Assembly (NCBI GenBank): GCA_025449535.1
Contig: JANWJF010000001.1
Coordinates: 68,279 to 132,278, forward strand
Direction: 5' to 3'
Length of the DNA: 64,000 bases
From: Candidatus Saccharimonadia bacterium
Lineage (GTDB): Bacteria; Patescibacteriota; SICC01
Below the pieces are notes generated by a model. The model ran no database searches and was not told the origin of the DNA. It saw nothing but the letters and a program-made list of their open reading frames with translations. Both the position numbers and the translations under genes were made by a program. The first letter of the stretch is position 1; every line of letters begins with the position of its first letter. Shown here piece by piece: positions 27,184 to 37,737 of this stretch.

Positions 27184-28833
27184 ATGGCCGGGCGCAAGCA
27201 GCCACCTGTTTGGAAAGCGCGCCTCTCAAAGTTCCTTCCGGGTATCGTGGTCGCGGCCTTCGCGATCATGCCGGTCTTCGGCTACCTGAAGACGAACTTC
27301 ACGGATCTGCAGCCCGGCGGCACCCTGGGACTGCTGCTCTTCGCCGTGCTGGTCGGAGCGGTCCTCTGGGGCATCGGCTGGCTGGCGACGCGCGACTGGC
27401 GACGCGGCGCGGTCGTCGGCGTGCTCCTGACCTTCCCCTTCTTCCACTACAAGGAGCTGTTGGACTGGTTCGTCGCCTCGGTAACGCAGTCACGGCCGCG
27501 GACAGTGATCCTCGTCGGCGTCCTGATCCTGGCCGCGCTGATCGGCTGGGGGCTCCGGAAGCTCTCCGACAAGACGATCCGCACCGTCCTCAGCTACCTG
27601 GGCGTAGTGGCGGTGATCTTCTTCGCCTGGAACGGCGTCGGCATGATCCAGGAATCCTTCAAGAACGCCGGGACCAGCGTCCGGGCGGTCAACGACGACC
27701 TCACGGCCTCGCCGCGGACGGCCGCTCCCAAGGACAGCCCGGACATCTACTACCTGGTCTTCGACCGCTACACCGGCTCGATCGGCCTGTCCGAGAGCTA
27801 CGACTTCGACAACGGGAAGTTCCTGACGCAACTCCAAAGGCGCGGCTTCTACGTCCCGAAGCGGAGCTTCGCCAACTACCCGGTGACGGCCTCTTCCGTC
27901 TCCAGCTCGCTGAACGGCGGCCCACTGGCCACCAAGGGACCGGTGGACCGGGCGGAGACGGCGAAGCCGCTCTACAAGCTCCTCCAGCGACCGGCGGTGC
28001 CGGCCTACCTCCAGGACCGCGGGTACGAGTTCGTCCAGCTCGGCTCCTGGTGGGGTCCGACGATGCGGTCCCAGCAAGCCGACCGCAATCCCCTGACCGC
28101 CTGGATGGTGGAGGTCTTCGGAATCCAGACGCACTTCGGGGACCTTTCCGGCGTGTTCATCAACAAGACCGCCTTCCCCGACCTGTTCACCAAGCTGCCG
28201 AGCGCCCGGACCACCCTGTATGACAACCACGGTCCGGCTTTCCAGAGCCAGGTCACCCAGACCGAGGACCTGGCGGCCGAGCGCGGCGGTAAGCCGAAGT
28301 TCGTCTTCACCCACTTCCTGATGCCCCACCCGCCGTACATCTACGACCGGGACGGCGATCGGCTGTTCCCGCGGGGTCTCAGCGGCTGGCATAGGTACCT
28401 CCGCCAGCTTGAGTACACCAACGACCGGATCCTGGAGATGGTCGACACGATCCGCAAGCGCGACCCGCACGCGATCGTGATCCTGCAGGCGGACGAAGGA
28501 GAGTATCCGAAGCGGTTCGCGAAGGACGCCAAACCTAGCGACGCCCAGATCCGCCAGAAGACGAACGTCCTCAACGCCTACTACTTCCCCGGCGAGGACT
28601 ACGACGCGCTGTACGATTCGATCACGCCGGTGAACACCTTCCGGATCGTCCTCAACCAGTTCTTCGGGACCGACCTCGCCAAACAGCCGGACGTGACGCA
28701 CACGCTGGGCGGGCGGCGTAACTACCTGGACTTCGTCGACGTGACGGACATCGTCCGTGCCGAGCCGGGCCCGCCGGGATCCGGCAACCCGGCGATCAAG
28801 CCGACGCTGCCGGGACCACAGGCTAGGAACTAG
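27184..28833 (+). CDS. Membrane-anchored sulfatase/LtaS-like (alkaline phosphatase superfamily) transferase
   Basis: 549 aa. Five N-terminal TM helices. PDIYYLVFDRY metal-binding motif. Extracellular catalytic domain. Confidence 0.7.
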   Translation: MAGRKQPPVWKARLSKFLPGIVVAAFAIMPVFGYLKTNFTDLQPGGTLGLLLFAVLVGAVLWGIGWLATRDWRRGAVVGVLLTFPFFHYKELLDWFVASVTQSRPRTVILVGVLILAALIGWGLRKLSDKTIRTVLSYLGVVAVIFFAWNGVGMIQESFKNAGTSVRAVNDDLTASPRTAAPKDSPDIYYLVFDRYTGSIGLSESYDFDNGKFLTQLQRRGFYVPKRSFANYPVTASSVSSSLNGGPLATKGPVDRAETAKPLYKLLQRPAVPAYLQDRGYEFVQLGSWWGPTMRSQQADRNPLTAWMVEVFGIQTHFGDLSGVFINKTAFPDLFTKLPSARTTLYDNHGPAFQSQVTQTEDLAAERGGKPKFVFTHFLMPHPPYIYDRDGDRLFPRGLSGWHRYLRQLEYTNDRILEMVDTIRKRDPHAIVILQADEGEYPKRFAKDAKPSDAQIRQKTNVLNAYYFPGEDYDALYDSITPVNTFRIVLNQFFGTDLAKQPDVTHTLGGRRNYLDFVDVTDIVRAEPGPPGSGNPAIKPTLPGPQARN

Positions 28834-29255
28834 GCGTTCGCGTCGTAGTCGCCAGCCGCGTACGACAGCTTGATCAGCTTTTTCAGGGTCGGCTGGTGTA
28901 CGTCCTCGAGGCGCTTGATGTAGATGCAGGACTTCCCCGCGGAGTGGGCGTTCAATCGCTGCAGCAGGTCCCGGTAGTCCGGCACGTGCGGAATCGCGTA
29001 TAGGACGAGCGCGGCCTTCCGCGGCGAGAACCCGGCCAGCGGCGCGTCGCCTTCCTGGCCGCTGGCGTACGTGTAGTGGTACGAGCCGAAGCCGACGATC
29101 GAGGGGCCCCACATCTTCGGCTTGTCGCCGGTGACTTCTGCCATCAGCTTGCAGAGCGCCTGGGCATCCTTCCGACGTCGCTCGTCCGGCACGGCCGCCA
29201 GGAATGCCCGCACACTGGCACCGGTCCACTTCGTCTTGAGCTCGTACTTGGTCAC
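28830..29255 (-). CDS. DUF1801 (YdhG-like) domain protein
   Basis: 141 aa. AFLAAVPDERRRKDAQALCKLMAEVTG and GFGSYHY are typical of the family. Confidence 0.7.
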   Translation of the reverse strand: MTKYELKTKWTGASVRAFLAAVPDERRRKDAQALCKLMAEVTGDKPKMWGPSIVGFGSYHYTYASGQEGDAPLAGFSPRKAALVLYAIPHVPDYRDLLQRLNAHSAGKSCIYIKRLEDVHQPTLKKLIKLSYAAGDYDANA

Positions 29256-29334
29256 GGGACTATCCTAGCAAAGACGCCATTGCCAGGCCGCGCCGCTTCG
29301 TTACAATGGCGCCACGTAACAAAAGGAGGCAGCC

Positions 29335-29709
29335 ATGCATCTCGGTAACATCCTCGAACAGGCAAAGGCGAACGATAACTTCCGGAAGGTCCTGGCGACC
29401 GGCGACAACGTCCAGGTCGTGCTGATGTCGATCCCGCCGGAGGGCGAGATCGGCGAGGAGACCCATCCCGACAATGACCAGGTCCTGCTGCTGGTCGATG
29501 GCGGCGGCTCCGCGATCCTCGACGGCAAGGAGCAGCCGTTCGAGGAGGGCGACCTGGTGGTGGTCCCGGCCGGGACGCTCCACAACTTCACGGCCGGCAA
29601 GGACGGCCTGAAGGTCGTCACGACCTATTCCCCGCCGCACCACCCCGAAGGCACCGTCCACGCCACCAAGGCGGAGGCGGACGCCGCCGAAGCCGGCGAC
29701 GCGGAATGA
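29335..29709 (+). CDS. Cupin domain protein
   Basis: 124 aa. AAAGGAGG RBS. Conserved-barrel motifs HPDNDQVLLLVDG and VVPAGTLHN. Confidence 0.7.
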   Translation: MHLGNILEQAKANDNFRKVLATGDNVQVVLMSIPPEGEIGEETHPDNDQVLLLVDGGGSAILDGKEQPFEEGDLVVVPAGTLHNFTAGKDGLKVVTTYSPPHHPEGTVHATKAEADAAEAGDAE

Positions 29710-29716
29710 CTGGTCG

Positions 29717-30265
29717 CTAAACGCAGATCTTGGTCAGGTCCGCCGCGGTGACTTCCGTCGTCACGTCGCACACTTTCTTGAGATTGTATGAAACGTGCCC
29801 GACGGCGACGTATTCGACCTGTTTACCCTTATGCCGTGCGTACTTGATCGCGGGAATCAGGTCGGTATCCGAACTGACCAGTATCGCCGTATCGAAGAGA
29901 TCGTCGATGGCACCTACGACCAGATCTATCGCGATCTTAACGTCCACGCCCTTTTCCCTCGGTACTGCATCGTCATAGTGCATACGGCCTTTCTTGACGA
30001 TATATCCATCCCGCCGAGCAAGGTTACCCAGAAACCTGCGCTGACCTTCGACGAGCCGCTCACCCTCGTCAGTACCTTTGTAATTCCGGAGTATCCCAAT
30101 ATAAAAACGCTTAGAACGACAGTCCCTGCCGTCCGACAACAGTTCGGCGAGTTGGACGTAGTCCACGCGCTTCCCCTTCGGTATCAGTGTTGCCGAACGG
30201 TGATAAAAGTTGCTTCCGTCTATAAATATGGCTACTTGCTTAAACGACATGCCAATATCATACAC
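29717..30265 (-). CDS. NYN (LabA-like / limkain-b1) domain protein
   Basis: 182 aa. IFIDGSNFY plus DTAILVSSDTD, the acidic residues of the NYN/PIN-like fold. Sits in a lower-GC patch. Confidence 0.7.
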   Translation of the reverse strand: MYDIGMSFKQVAIFIDGSNFYHRSATLIPKGKRVDYVQLAELLSDGRDCRSKRFYIGILRNYKGTDEGERLVEGQRRFLGNLARRDGYIVKKGRMHYDDAVPREKGVDVKIAIDLVVGAIDDLFDTAILVSSDTDLIPAIKYARHKGKQVEYVAVGHVSYNLKKVCDVTTEVTAADLTKICV

Positions 30266-30267
30266 GA

Positions 30268-30304
30268 ATGAAAAATATACTGCCCGCGCGTGAGCACGGG
30301 CAGT
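30268..30304 (-). terminator. Intrinsic terminator for the aldo-keto reductase gene
   Basis: CTGCCCG-(10 nt)-CGGGCAG stem. On the minus strand it is followed by TATATTTTTCATTC, which runs directly into the NYN gene start. Confidence 0.4.
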
Positions 30305-30400
30305 GGGTTAACGTGAGTATCTTAGCGGAATCGTTGACCGCTGTCAACGGATAACTAGTGATTATTGCTTTAGTTAAGCAACTTTTTCTTCAGGGGTGGT

Positions 30401-31258
30401 TCAGAGGTAAATCAGCCCACCTAGGCCGTGTTTGTCCGCGATCACCGAGAATTCCTCGTTGAGTCCCGTGATCTTCCCCATCTCCTCGTCGCTCAGCTCG
30501 AAGTCGAAAATCCCGAAGTTCTCTTTGATGTGTTCCACGCTCCCGGACCGCGGCAGCGGCACCACCCCGAGCTGGAAATCCCAGCGCAGGACCACCTGCC
30601 CCGGCGTCTTGCCGTGCGCCTGCGCAATCTTTTGCAGCACCGGATGGTCCAGCTTGTGATACTGCGCCAGCGGACTGTACGCCTGCAGCGCGATCTCCCG
30701 GCTCCGCAGATACTCGCGGAATCGCATCGAATGCCCGAACGGACTCCACTCGACCTGGTCCACGGCCGGTACCTCGTCGGTGGCGTCCACCAACACGTCG
30801 ATCAGCTCGGCGTTATAGTTGCTGACCCCGATGTCCGTCGTCATCCCCTGCTCCCGCGCCCGGATCAGCCCCTGCCAGAGATGGACGCCGGCGCGGTCGT
30901 GCGGATCGGCCGGATGCGCCTCGTGCGCCGATCCCATCACCCCCGGCGGCCAGTGGATCAGCGTCAGGTCCACGCGGTCGAGCTTCATCTCCCCGAGCTG
31001 CCGCCGGAGCGACTCGACCGGATCCTCGTCCGACTCTACCTTCGTGACGAGGAAGATATCCTCGCGGGCGACGCTGCTGCCGCCGACGGCCGCTCCGACC
31101 TCGGCGACGTTGCCGTAGCTGCCGGACGTGTCGATGAGCCGGTAGCCGGCCGTGAGGGCAGCGGTAACCGCGTCGGCCGCCGCCTCATCGTGCAGCTGCC
31201 AGGTGCCGAAGCCGAGCGCCGGCATCGTCCGCCCAGTCCGTAGTGTGTGTCTTTCCAT
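30401..31258 (-). CDS. Aldo/keto reductase
   Basis: 285 aa. GFGTWQL, LIDTSGSYGN, IHWP and VSNY motifs. Confidence 0.85.
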   Translation of the reverse strand: MERHTLRTGRTMPALGFGTWQLHDEAAADAVTAALTAGYRLIDTSGSYGNVAEVGAAVGGSSVAREDIFLVTKVESDEDPVESLRRQLGEMKLDRVDLTLIHWPPGVMGSAHEAHPADPHDRAGVHLWQGLIRAREQGMTTDIGVSNYNAELIDVLVDATDEVPAVDQVEWSPFGHSMRFREYLRSREIALQAYSPLAQYHKLDHPVLQKIAQAHGKTPGQVVLRWDFQLGVVPLPRSGSVEHIKENFGIFDFELSDEEMGKITGLNEEFSVIADKHGLGGLIYL

Positions 31259-31332
31259 GCACCACCATTATGACCCCAAGCGTACGAGCGTGGGGTGAAG
31301 TGTGAATGTGGGATGTTCTAAAGGCTATTTCG

Positions 31333-32286
31333 TTATACCGCTTTGGAATAGTGCATGGATTTAATGAAGCTTTCCATCCATTCCCAATCCGGGGTGCTAT
31401 GTTTCACAGGAAGTTTAATTACTGACTCCTTCATTCTTTCTGTATGCCATTTTCGACCATAGTTATAGCGGTATTTCTCCTGCTTGATTACGGAAGCAAG
31501 GAAGAGCCCTATGTATTTATTTAATTGGAATCCTCTTGGATAAAGAACATTAACATCATCACTGGCCCAAAAGGATCTAGGCTGATAAAAGGCCTCTGCC
31601 ACGCTGCCGTTATAACAAACAGTTATCGTATTGCCTTCATGAATAGCACTGGAAACTAAAGCTGTCATTCCATTATGGGAGTCAGAGGAACCTATAAAAG
31701 GAAACTTTCCCCTGCTCATATTGGCTTTTGTAAGCCGTTTTCCTTTTTTGATTTCAAATAAAGAAGAAAGCTTAAATGGTTGCCAATCCGTAGCATCAAG
31801 AGGTACGGATCGATTAATTAATGGTTCTTTCGTCTTAGATAAGTCGGGTAATTTTGTGCTCTTGACCCAGCGAGGCACAGAGCCAGGAATGGGAACCTCT
31901 AGTGATTTTAGAGTCCGGTTTGCTTCTCGCCCAAATGCACCATAACGAAAAGCATTGTGCTTAATCGCCAGGCAGTAAAATAGTAGCTCGTTAATAGTCA
32001 TGTGTTTTTTGGGTTTCAAGACAGCAATATTCTGAGCAGTATAAAAGGGACTCGTTTGTACAAACGAAGAGAGTATTGCACCACCAAGTGCGACTGTTAT
32101 TTTGAGGGGTTCTATTGGATCAACGCCTTGGTACTTCTGGACTTTAGCAACTACACCATTGTTGCGTGCCGTTCTACCAACAAAATTGACTCCCTTATGA
32201 CTAATAGACATCTTATTGAGGTCGAATTGCGTTCCATAAGCAACCTCAAAAAGTGAGTTAAGGGGGATCGTCGGTGTTTTAGTCAT
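31333..32286 (-). CDS. Restriction-modification specificity subunit (HsdS/BcgIB-like, two target-recognition domains)
   Basis: 317 aa. Two half-repeats each open with a conserved block (LNSLFEVAYGTQFDL / FKLSSLFEIKKGKRL). Overlaps the upstream methylase-nuclease gene by 8 nt. Confidence 0.7.
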   Translation of the reverse strand: MTKTPTIPLNSLFEVAYGTQFDLNKMSISHKGVNFVGRTARNNGVVAKVQKYQGVDPIEPLKITVALGGAILSSFVQTSPFYTAQNIAVLKPKKHMTINELLFYCLAIKHNAFRYGAFGREANRTLKSLEVPIPGSVPRWVKSTKLPDLSKTKEPLINRSVPLDATDWQPFKLSSLFEIKKGKRLTKANMSRGKFPFIGSSDSHNGMTALVSSAIHEGNTITVCYNGSVAEAFYQPRSFWASDDVNVLYPRGFQLNKYIGLFLASVIKQEKYRYNYGRKWHTERMKESVIKLPVKHSTPDWEWMESFIKSMHYSKAV

Positions 32287-34105
32287 TCTCTAAGTTAAAA
32301 ATCGCGTAATCACGAACCGTTTTTTCAAAATCATGCTTGCTTAGCTTTGAATAATCAGTTTCCATGTACGCTTCGGCGCACCATTCATCTAGAGCGCTAA
32401 CTTTTTGCTTGACACTTTCTCCCGGAACTTCATCCCTATTCCTGTACGAGTGCACCCAATGATCTCTAATCTCTGGCCAGGTGCGGTGAGCATCTATGCG
32501 CCCCAAGTGTTTGGTCTTAATAAATCCATCATCTTTCCAGTAGCCAAACCAAGTCTTTCTGTTAGACACATTGTGGGGCTCTTTAGCTGTAAAGACCATT
32601 ACGCATGTGACTACACCGACAGGGTAAAACAGTTCTGTTGGCATAGACATAACGGCCTCTAAAGTATGCTCATTCAATAATTCTTGTTTCATGGGATGTG
32701 GCTGAATAGCACATGACATTGGTACAATCGCAATGCCAATTCCCCCTTTTACGAGGCAGTCAAGCATGTGTTGTACAAATTTAAGCTCATACAGATCTTC
32801 GTCAGATTGTGAATACGGGGGGTTCAGAAGACCAACATCGCATCGATGCTTTTTAATTTGCTCAGTAAGGTCAAAACAGCTTCCCTGATACAAATTTGCT
32901 TTACCATCGCCGCGTAGAATCATATTAGAAGCAGCCAAGGAAAACATATTTGGTTGGTTTTCAACACCAACAAGTCCCTTGGCTTTTATTTTGTTTTTCT
33001 CTGTAGTTGTAATTGCAGTTTTCATCATTTGATGCATGGCAGAAATAAGGAAACCACCAGTCCCAGCGCAAATATCTAACACCTTGCTATGTTTATTAGC
33101 ATTCGCCAGAAGGGCAAATAGCTCGGTAACGTGTCTGGGTGTCAAAACAATCCCAAGGGCTTTTTGGTCACCTCCTGTGTACTTCAAAAACTCCCCATAA
33201 AACTGTCCAACAATATCAAAATCGTGATAGGTGTTGATGAAGGGAGCCACTTTATCACTTAGGAGCGTAATCAATTCGAAGAGAATTCCTTTGGGAAACT
33301 TCTTGTTCCCCTTTCCAAGAGCCGGATGAACTGCAATAGAAGAATATGGCTGGGTCATATCTTCCTTTTTTGAATAAGGAATATCAGCTTTCTCCATTTC
33401 GTCACGAATTACTCTCAACCATTGTTTCTGTAAGGCCTCGGGTGAGTAGGCTCCAAAACTTTTGGCAAATGCTTTATTCCGCAGGGCAATTAAAGTGCCA
33501 CTAACTAACAGGGGCTTTTCACTTTCTGTGAGCTTGGCGTGATCTCGCATAAACTCGTGCAGTGTTCTAGAAAATGCCATCAAATCATCATGTCTCTTTT
33601 TCACAACATTTGGATCAAACGCAGCTAGTCTAGTGAGTTCAGAAAATTCTATTAATTCTTCTAAATGTTTCCCAGACTCATTAGTTACAATTTTATATTC
33701 ATCTGCTTGCTTGCTCCAGAGGTATGTAGAAACACGTAACGATTTAGTAGAATCCCCACTAATGCCAATCGCTATAACGTTGTAGCTCTCTTTAAGGTGT
33801 TTGGCATAATGCAAAGCACCATCCACGGCAAAGTGAATCGGTTTATTAAGGTTTTTACTTGCATGGAACTTAGTGCTCGGCTTACATTCAGCAACGACCA
33901 AAAAATCAGAATCAGCAATAGAGTGGATAATAAACTCGGGTGAACCTCGTCCCCCCTTTCCTGCTTTTCCTGCTTTACTGAGAAGTCGATTAACGGCCAG
34001 AATGGAACTTTTTTGCTCCTCAACTAAAACATCATTTTTATTGCTGTAATAACCAAGTTGGCGCAACTTGTCGCGTACGAGATTTTCCGTGATCCGTTCG
34101 TTCAT
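32279..34105 (-). CDS. Fused PD-(D/E)xK endonuclease (HsdR_N-like) plus N6-adenine DNA methyltransferase, BcgIA-like Type IIB/IIG R-M subunit
   Basis: 608 aa. N-terminal IIHSIADSDFLVVAECKP is a D...ExK nuclease motif. MTase motif I DICAGTGGFL and motif IV LLNPPYS. No helicase-type HsdR is present nearby. Confidence 0.75.
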   Translation of the reverse strand: MNERITENLVRDKLRQLGYYSNKNDVLVEEQKSSILAVNRLLSKAGKAGKGGRGSPEFIIHSIADSDFLVVAECKPSTKFHASKNLNKPIHFAVDGALHYAKHLKESYNVIAIGISGDSTKSLRVSTYLWSKQADEYKIVTNESGKHLEELIEFSELTRLAAFDPNVVKKRHDDLMAFSRTLHEFMRDHAKLTESEKPLLVSGTLIALRNKAFAKSFGAYSPEALQKQWLRVIRDEMEKADIPYSKKEDMTQPYSSIAVHPALGKGNKKFPKGILFELITLLSDKVAPFINTYHDFDIVGQFYGEFLKYTGGDQKALGIVLTPRHVTELFALLANANKHSKVLDICAGTGGFLISAMHQMMKTAITTTEKNKIKAKGLVGVENQPNMFSLAASNMILRGDGKANLYQGSCFDLTEQIKKHRCDVGLLNPPYSQSDEDLYELKFVQHMLDCLVKGGIGIAIVPMSCAIQPHPMKQELLNEHTLEAVMSMPTELFYPVGVVTCVMVFTAKEPHNVSNRKTWFGYWKDDGFIKTKHLGRIDAHRTWPEIRDHWVHSYRNRDEVPGESVKQKVSALDEWCAEAYMETDYSKLSKHDFEKTVRDYAIFNLEND

Positions 34106-34141
34106 GAATGTTTGTTTCTCGTTTATATTACACAGTACTAT

Positions 34142-34696
34142 TCATCCTCGCTTCTGCCGCACCCGCTCCCCATACTCCTTCCGCACCTTGGCCAACTTCG
34201 GATTGATCACCACCCGGCAGTACGGATGCTCCGGGTTCTTGCCCTGGAAGTCCTGGTGCTCGTCCTCCGCCGGATAGAATGCCTCCAGCTTCCGGACCTG
34301 GGTGACGATCGGATCGTCCCAGTTCGCTTGCGCCCGCTGGATCGCCGCCTTCGCTTCCCGCTCCTGCTCCGGTGAGTCATAGAGGACGATCGAGCGGTAC
34401 TGCGTGCCGACGTCCGGCCCCTGCCGGTCCTTGGTGGTCGGGTCGTGCATCGCGAAGAAGAAGTCGAGCACGTCCACCAGCGGCAGTACGGCCGGGTCGA
34501 ACGTCACCTGCACCACCTCGGCGTGGCCGGTCTCGCCGGAGCTGACCTGTTGGTACGTCGGGTCGATCGTCTGCCCGCCGGCGTAACCGGACGTGACCTC
34601 GGTGACGCCCTTCAGCATCCGGAACATCGCATCCAGGCACCAGAAGCACCCGCCGCCGAGTGTGATCGTAGCCGTGCTCTGGCGCGGACCGCTCAT
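34142..34696 (-). CDS. msrA: Peptide methionine sulfoxide reductase MsrA
   Basis: GGGCFWC active-site motif. The 431-aa track ORF is trimmed to the 184-aa MsrA starting at MSGPRQ...; the N-terminal extension is Arg/Ser-rich antisense-type junk. Confidence 0.85.
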   Translation of the reverse strand: MSGPRQSTATITLGGGCFWCLDAMFRMLKGVTEVTSGYAGGQTIDPTYQQVSSGETGHAEVVQVTFDPAVLPLVDVLDFFFAMHDPTTKDRQGPDVGTQYRSIVLYDSPEQEREAKAAIQRAQANWDDPIVTQVRKLEAFYPAEDEHQDFQGKNPEHPYCRVVINPKLAKVRKEYGERVRQKRG

Positions 34697-35136
34697 CGCC
34701 CCAACACGTACCAAACGAGCAGCGCCAGGCTTCCCCACCACCCGACCATCGACACGATGGAGGCAGCGGCCATCTTGCGTTGCCAGGAGACCGACAGGAG
34801 TTCGCCGGCCCGGTCTTCCTCTTCGCGCGCCAGCAGGAACGGGCTCACGCGGTAAGTCAGGAAGAGACGGTTCAGGATCAGCAGCAGCACGACCGCGGCT
34901 TGGACGAGCGGGACGACCGCGCCGTAGTCGTCGCGGTAGAAGATCGCGCCACCGATGATCACCAGCGCGATGCCCAACCAGACCAGCGGCTTGGTCACCT
35001 TGTGCACGCGTATGGTCGTCTCGGCCCAGTACCGCGAGCGCCGGCCCAGGAAGATGTGCAGGTCGATCACGTTCACTGCGCCGAGCCCGATCACGTAGCC
35101 GGCCAGCAGCATGAACAGCGCGAGGAAGTCGATCAC
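34693..35136 (-). CDS. Membrane protein (4 TM helices), function unknown
   Basis: 147 aa hydrophobic protein. Stop overlaps the msrA start (ATGA). Confidence 0.55.
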   Translation of the reverse strand: MIDFLALFMLLAGYVIGLGAVNVIDLHIFLGRRSRYWAETTIRVHKVTKPLVWLGIALVIIGGAIFYRDDYGAVVPLVQAAVVLLLILNRLFLTYRVSPFLLAREEEDRAGELLSVSWQRKMAAASIVSMVGWWGSLALLVWYVLGR

Positions 35137-35753
35137 GGGGCCACCCTCGTCTCGAACGGCAGTTCGTATATCCGCCAGCGGCCCTCGACCTTGCGCATCT
35201 TGATCGTGAAGTCACGGCCGTTGTCGGCCACCACGACGACCTGCGCCGTGTCACCCTTCCGGTCGACCGACCGTACCTTCCCGTACGTATCCGTGACCGA
35301 GTCGGAATGGATTTGCTGGCGGAACTCGCCGGACTCGACTTGTGTACGGACTTCCCGCTTGATCTCCGCGGCGAGCGCCGGCCGCAACGTCGAGGTGAAG
35401 TCGTCGGTAAAGCGCCGGCCCAGCCGGTCGAAGTCATCGTCCGCAGGGATGACGGTCTGGTCGGTCTGCTGTTTCTCGGTCTTGGTGATCTCTTGATCGA
35501 CGGCGGTGTAGACGACCGCGTCGATGTCCACGTACTTCGTGAACTCGGCGTAATCCCGGTTCTGCAGCGCCTGCCCCGTCAGGTAGAGCGCGTACTGCGG
35601 GGTGTCCTTAATGTACAGCCAGACGCCCAACGCGGCGATCGCCGCGATCACAGCGGCCACGGCGACCGCGGCTACGATGCGCCGTACCAGGCGCAACGGC
35701 GACCGTCGCGCATCTGCCTTCGTGCTCACCTCTGTCGAACGCATGCCTGCCAT
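35133..35753 (-). CDS. Membrane-anchored hypothetical protein
   Basis: 206 aa. N-terminal TM helix IVAAVAVAAVIAAIAALGVWLYI. C-terminal beta-rich domain KMRKVEGRWRIYEL. Confidence 0.5.
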   Translation of the reverse strand: MAGMRSTEVSTKADARRSPLRLVRRIVAAVAVAAVIAAIAALGVWLYIKDTPQYALYLTGQALQNRDYAEFTKYVDIDAVVYTAVDQEITKTEKQQTDQTVIPADDDFDRLGRRFTDDFTSTLRPALAAEIKREVRTQVESGEFRQQIHSDSVTDTYGKVRSVDRKGDTAQVVVVADNGRDFTIKMRKVEGRWRIYELPFETRVAP

Positions 35754-35798
35754 GACTGACTAGAGCATACGAACGTCCGGTTGCCGCGTCCAGCGAAC

Positions 35799-37622
<1,824 letters not shown>

Positions 37623-37737
37623 AACCCCCAGTCTACGGCACCTGGGCCGGATGGACTAACGGGTACAGGCCTCTCCGAAGCTCTTGACTTTTTGGGCTTT
37701 TTATGTTATGGTTGACTAATTTTCGGGAAGACTACCC

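Larger units (their letters stand above)
31303..34141. other. Low-GC (~38%) genomic island carrying a restriction-modification pair
   Basis: Abrupt GC drop from ~65% to ~38% between the AKR and msrA genes. Only the two RM genes lie inside. A hairpin CCCCAAGCGTACGAGCGTGGGG (31281-31302) marks the left edge. Confidence 0.5.

Noticed and set aside
34142-35437. 431-aa ORF whose C-terminus is MsrA
   Set aside because: Only the last 184 aa (from MSGPRQ, GGGCFWC motif) are MsrA. The N-terminal 247 aa are Arg/Ser/Thr-rich junk overlapping a real membrane-protein gene in another frame. Trimmed to 34142..34696.
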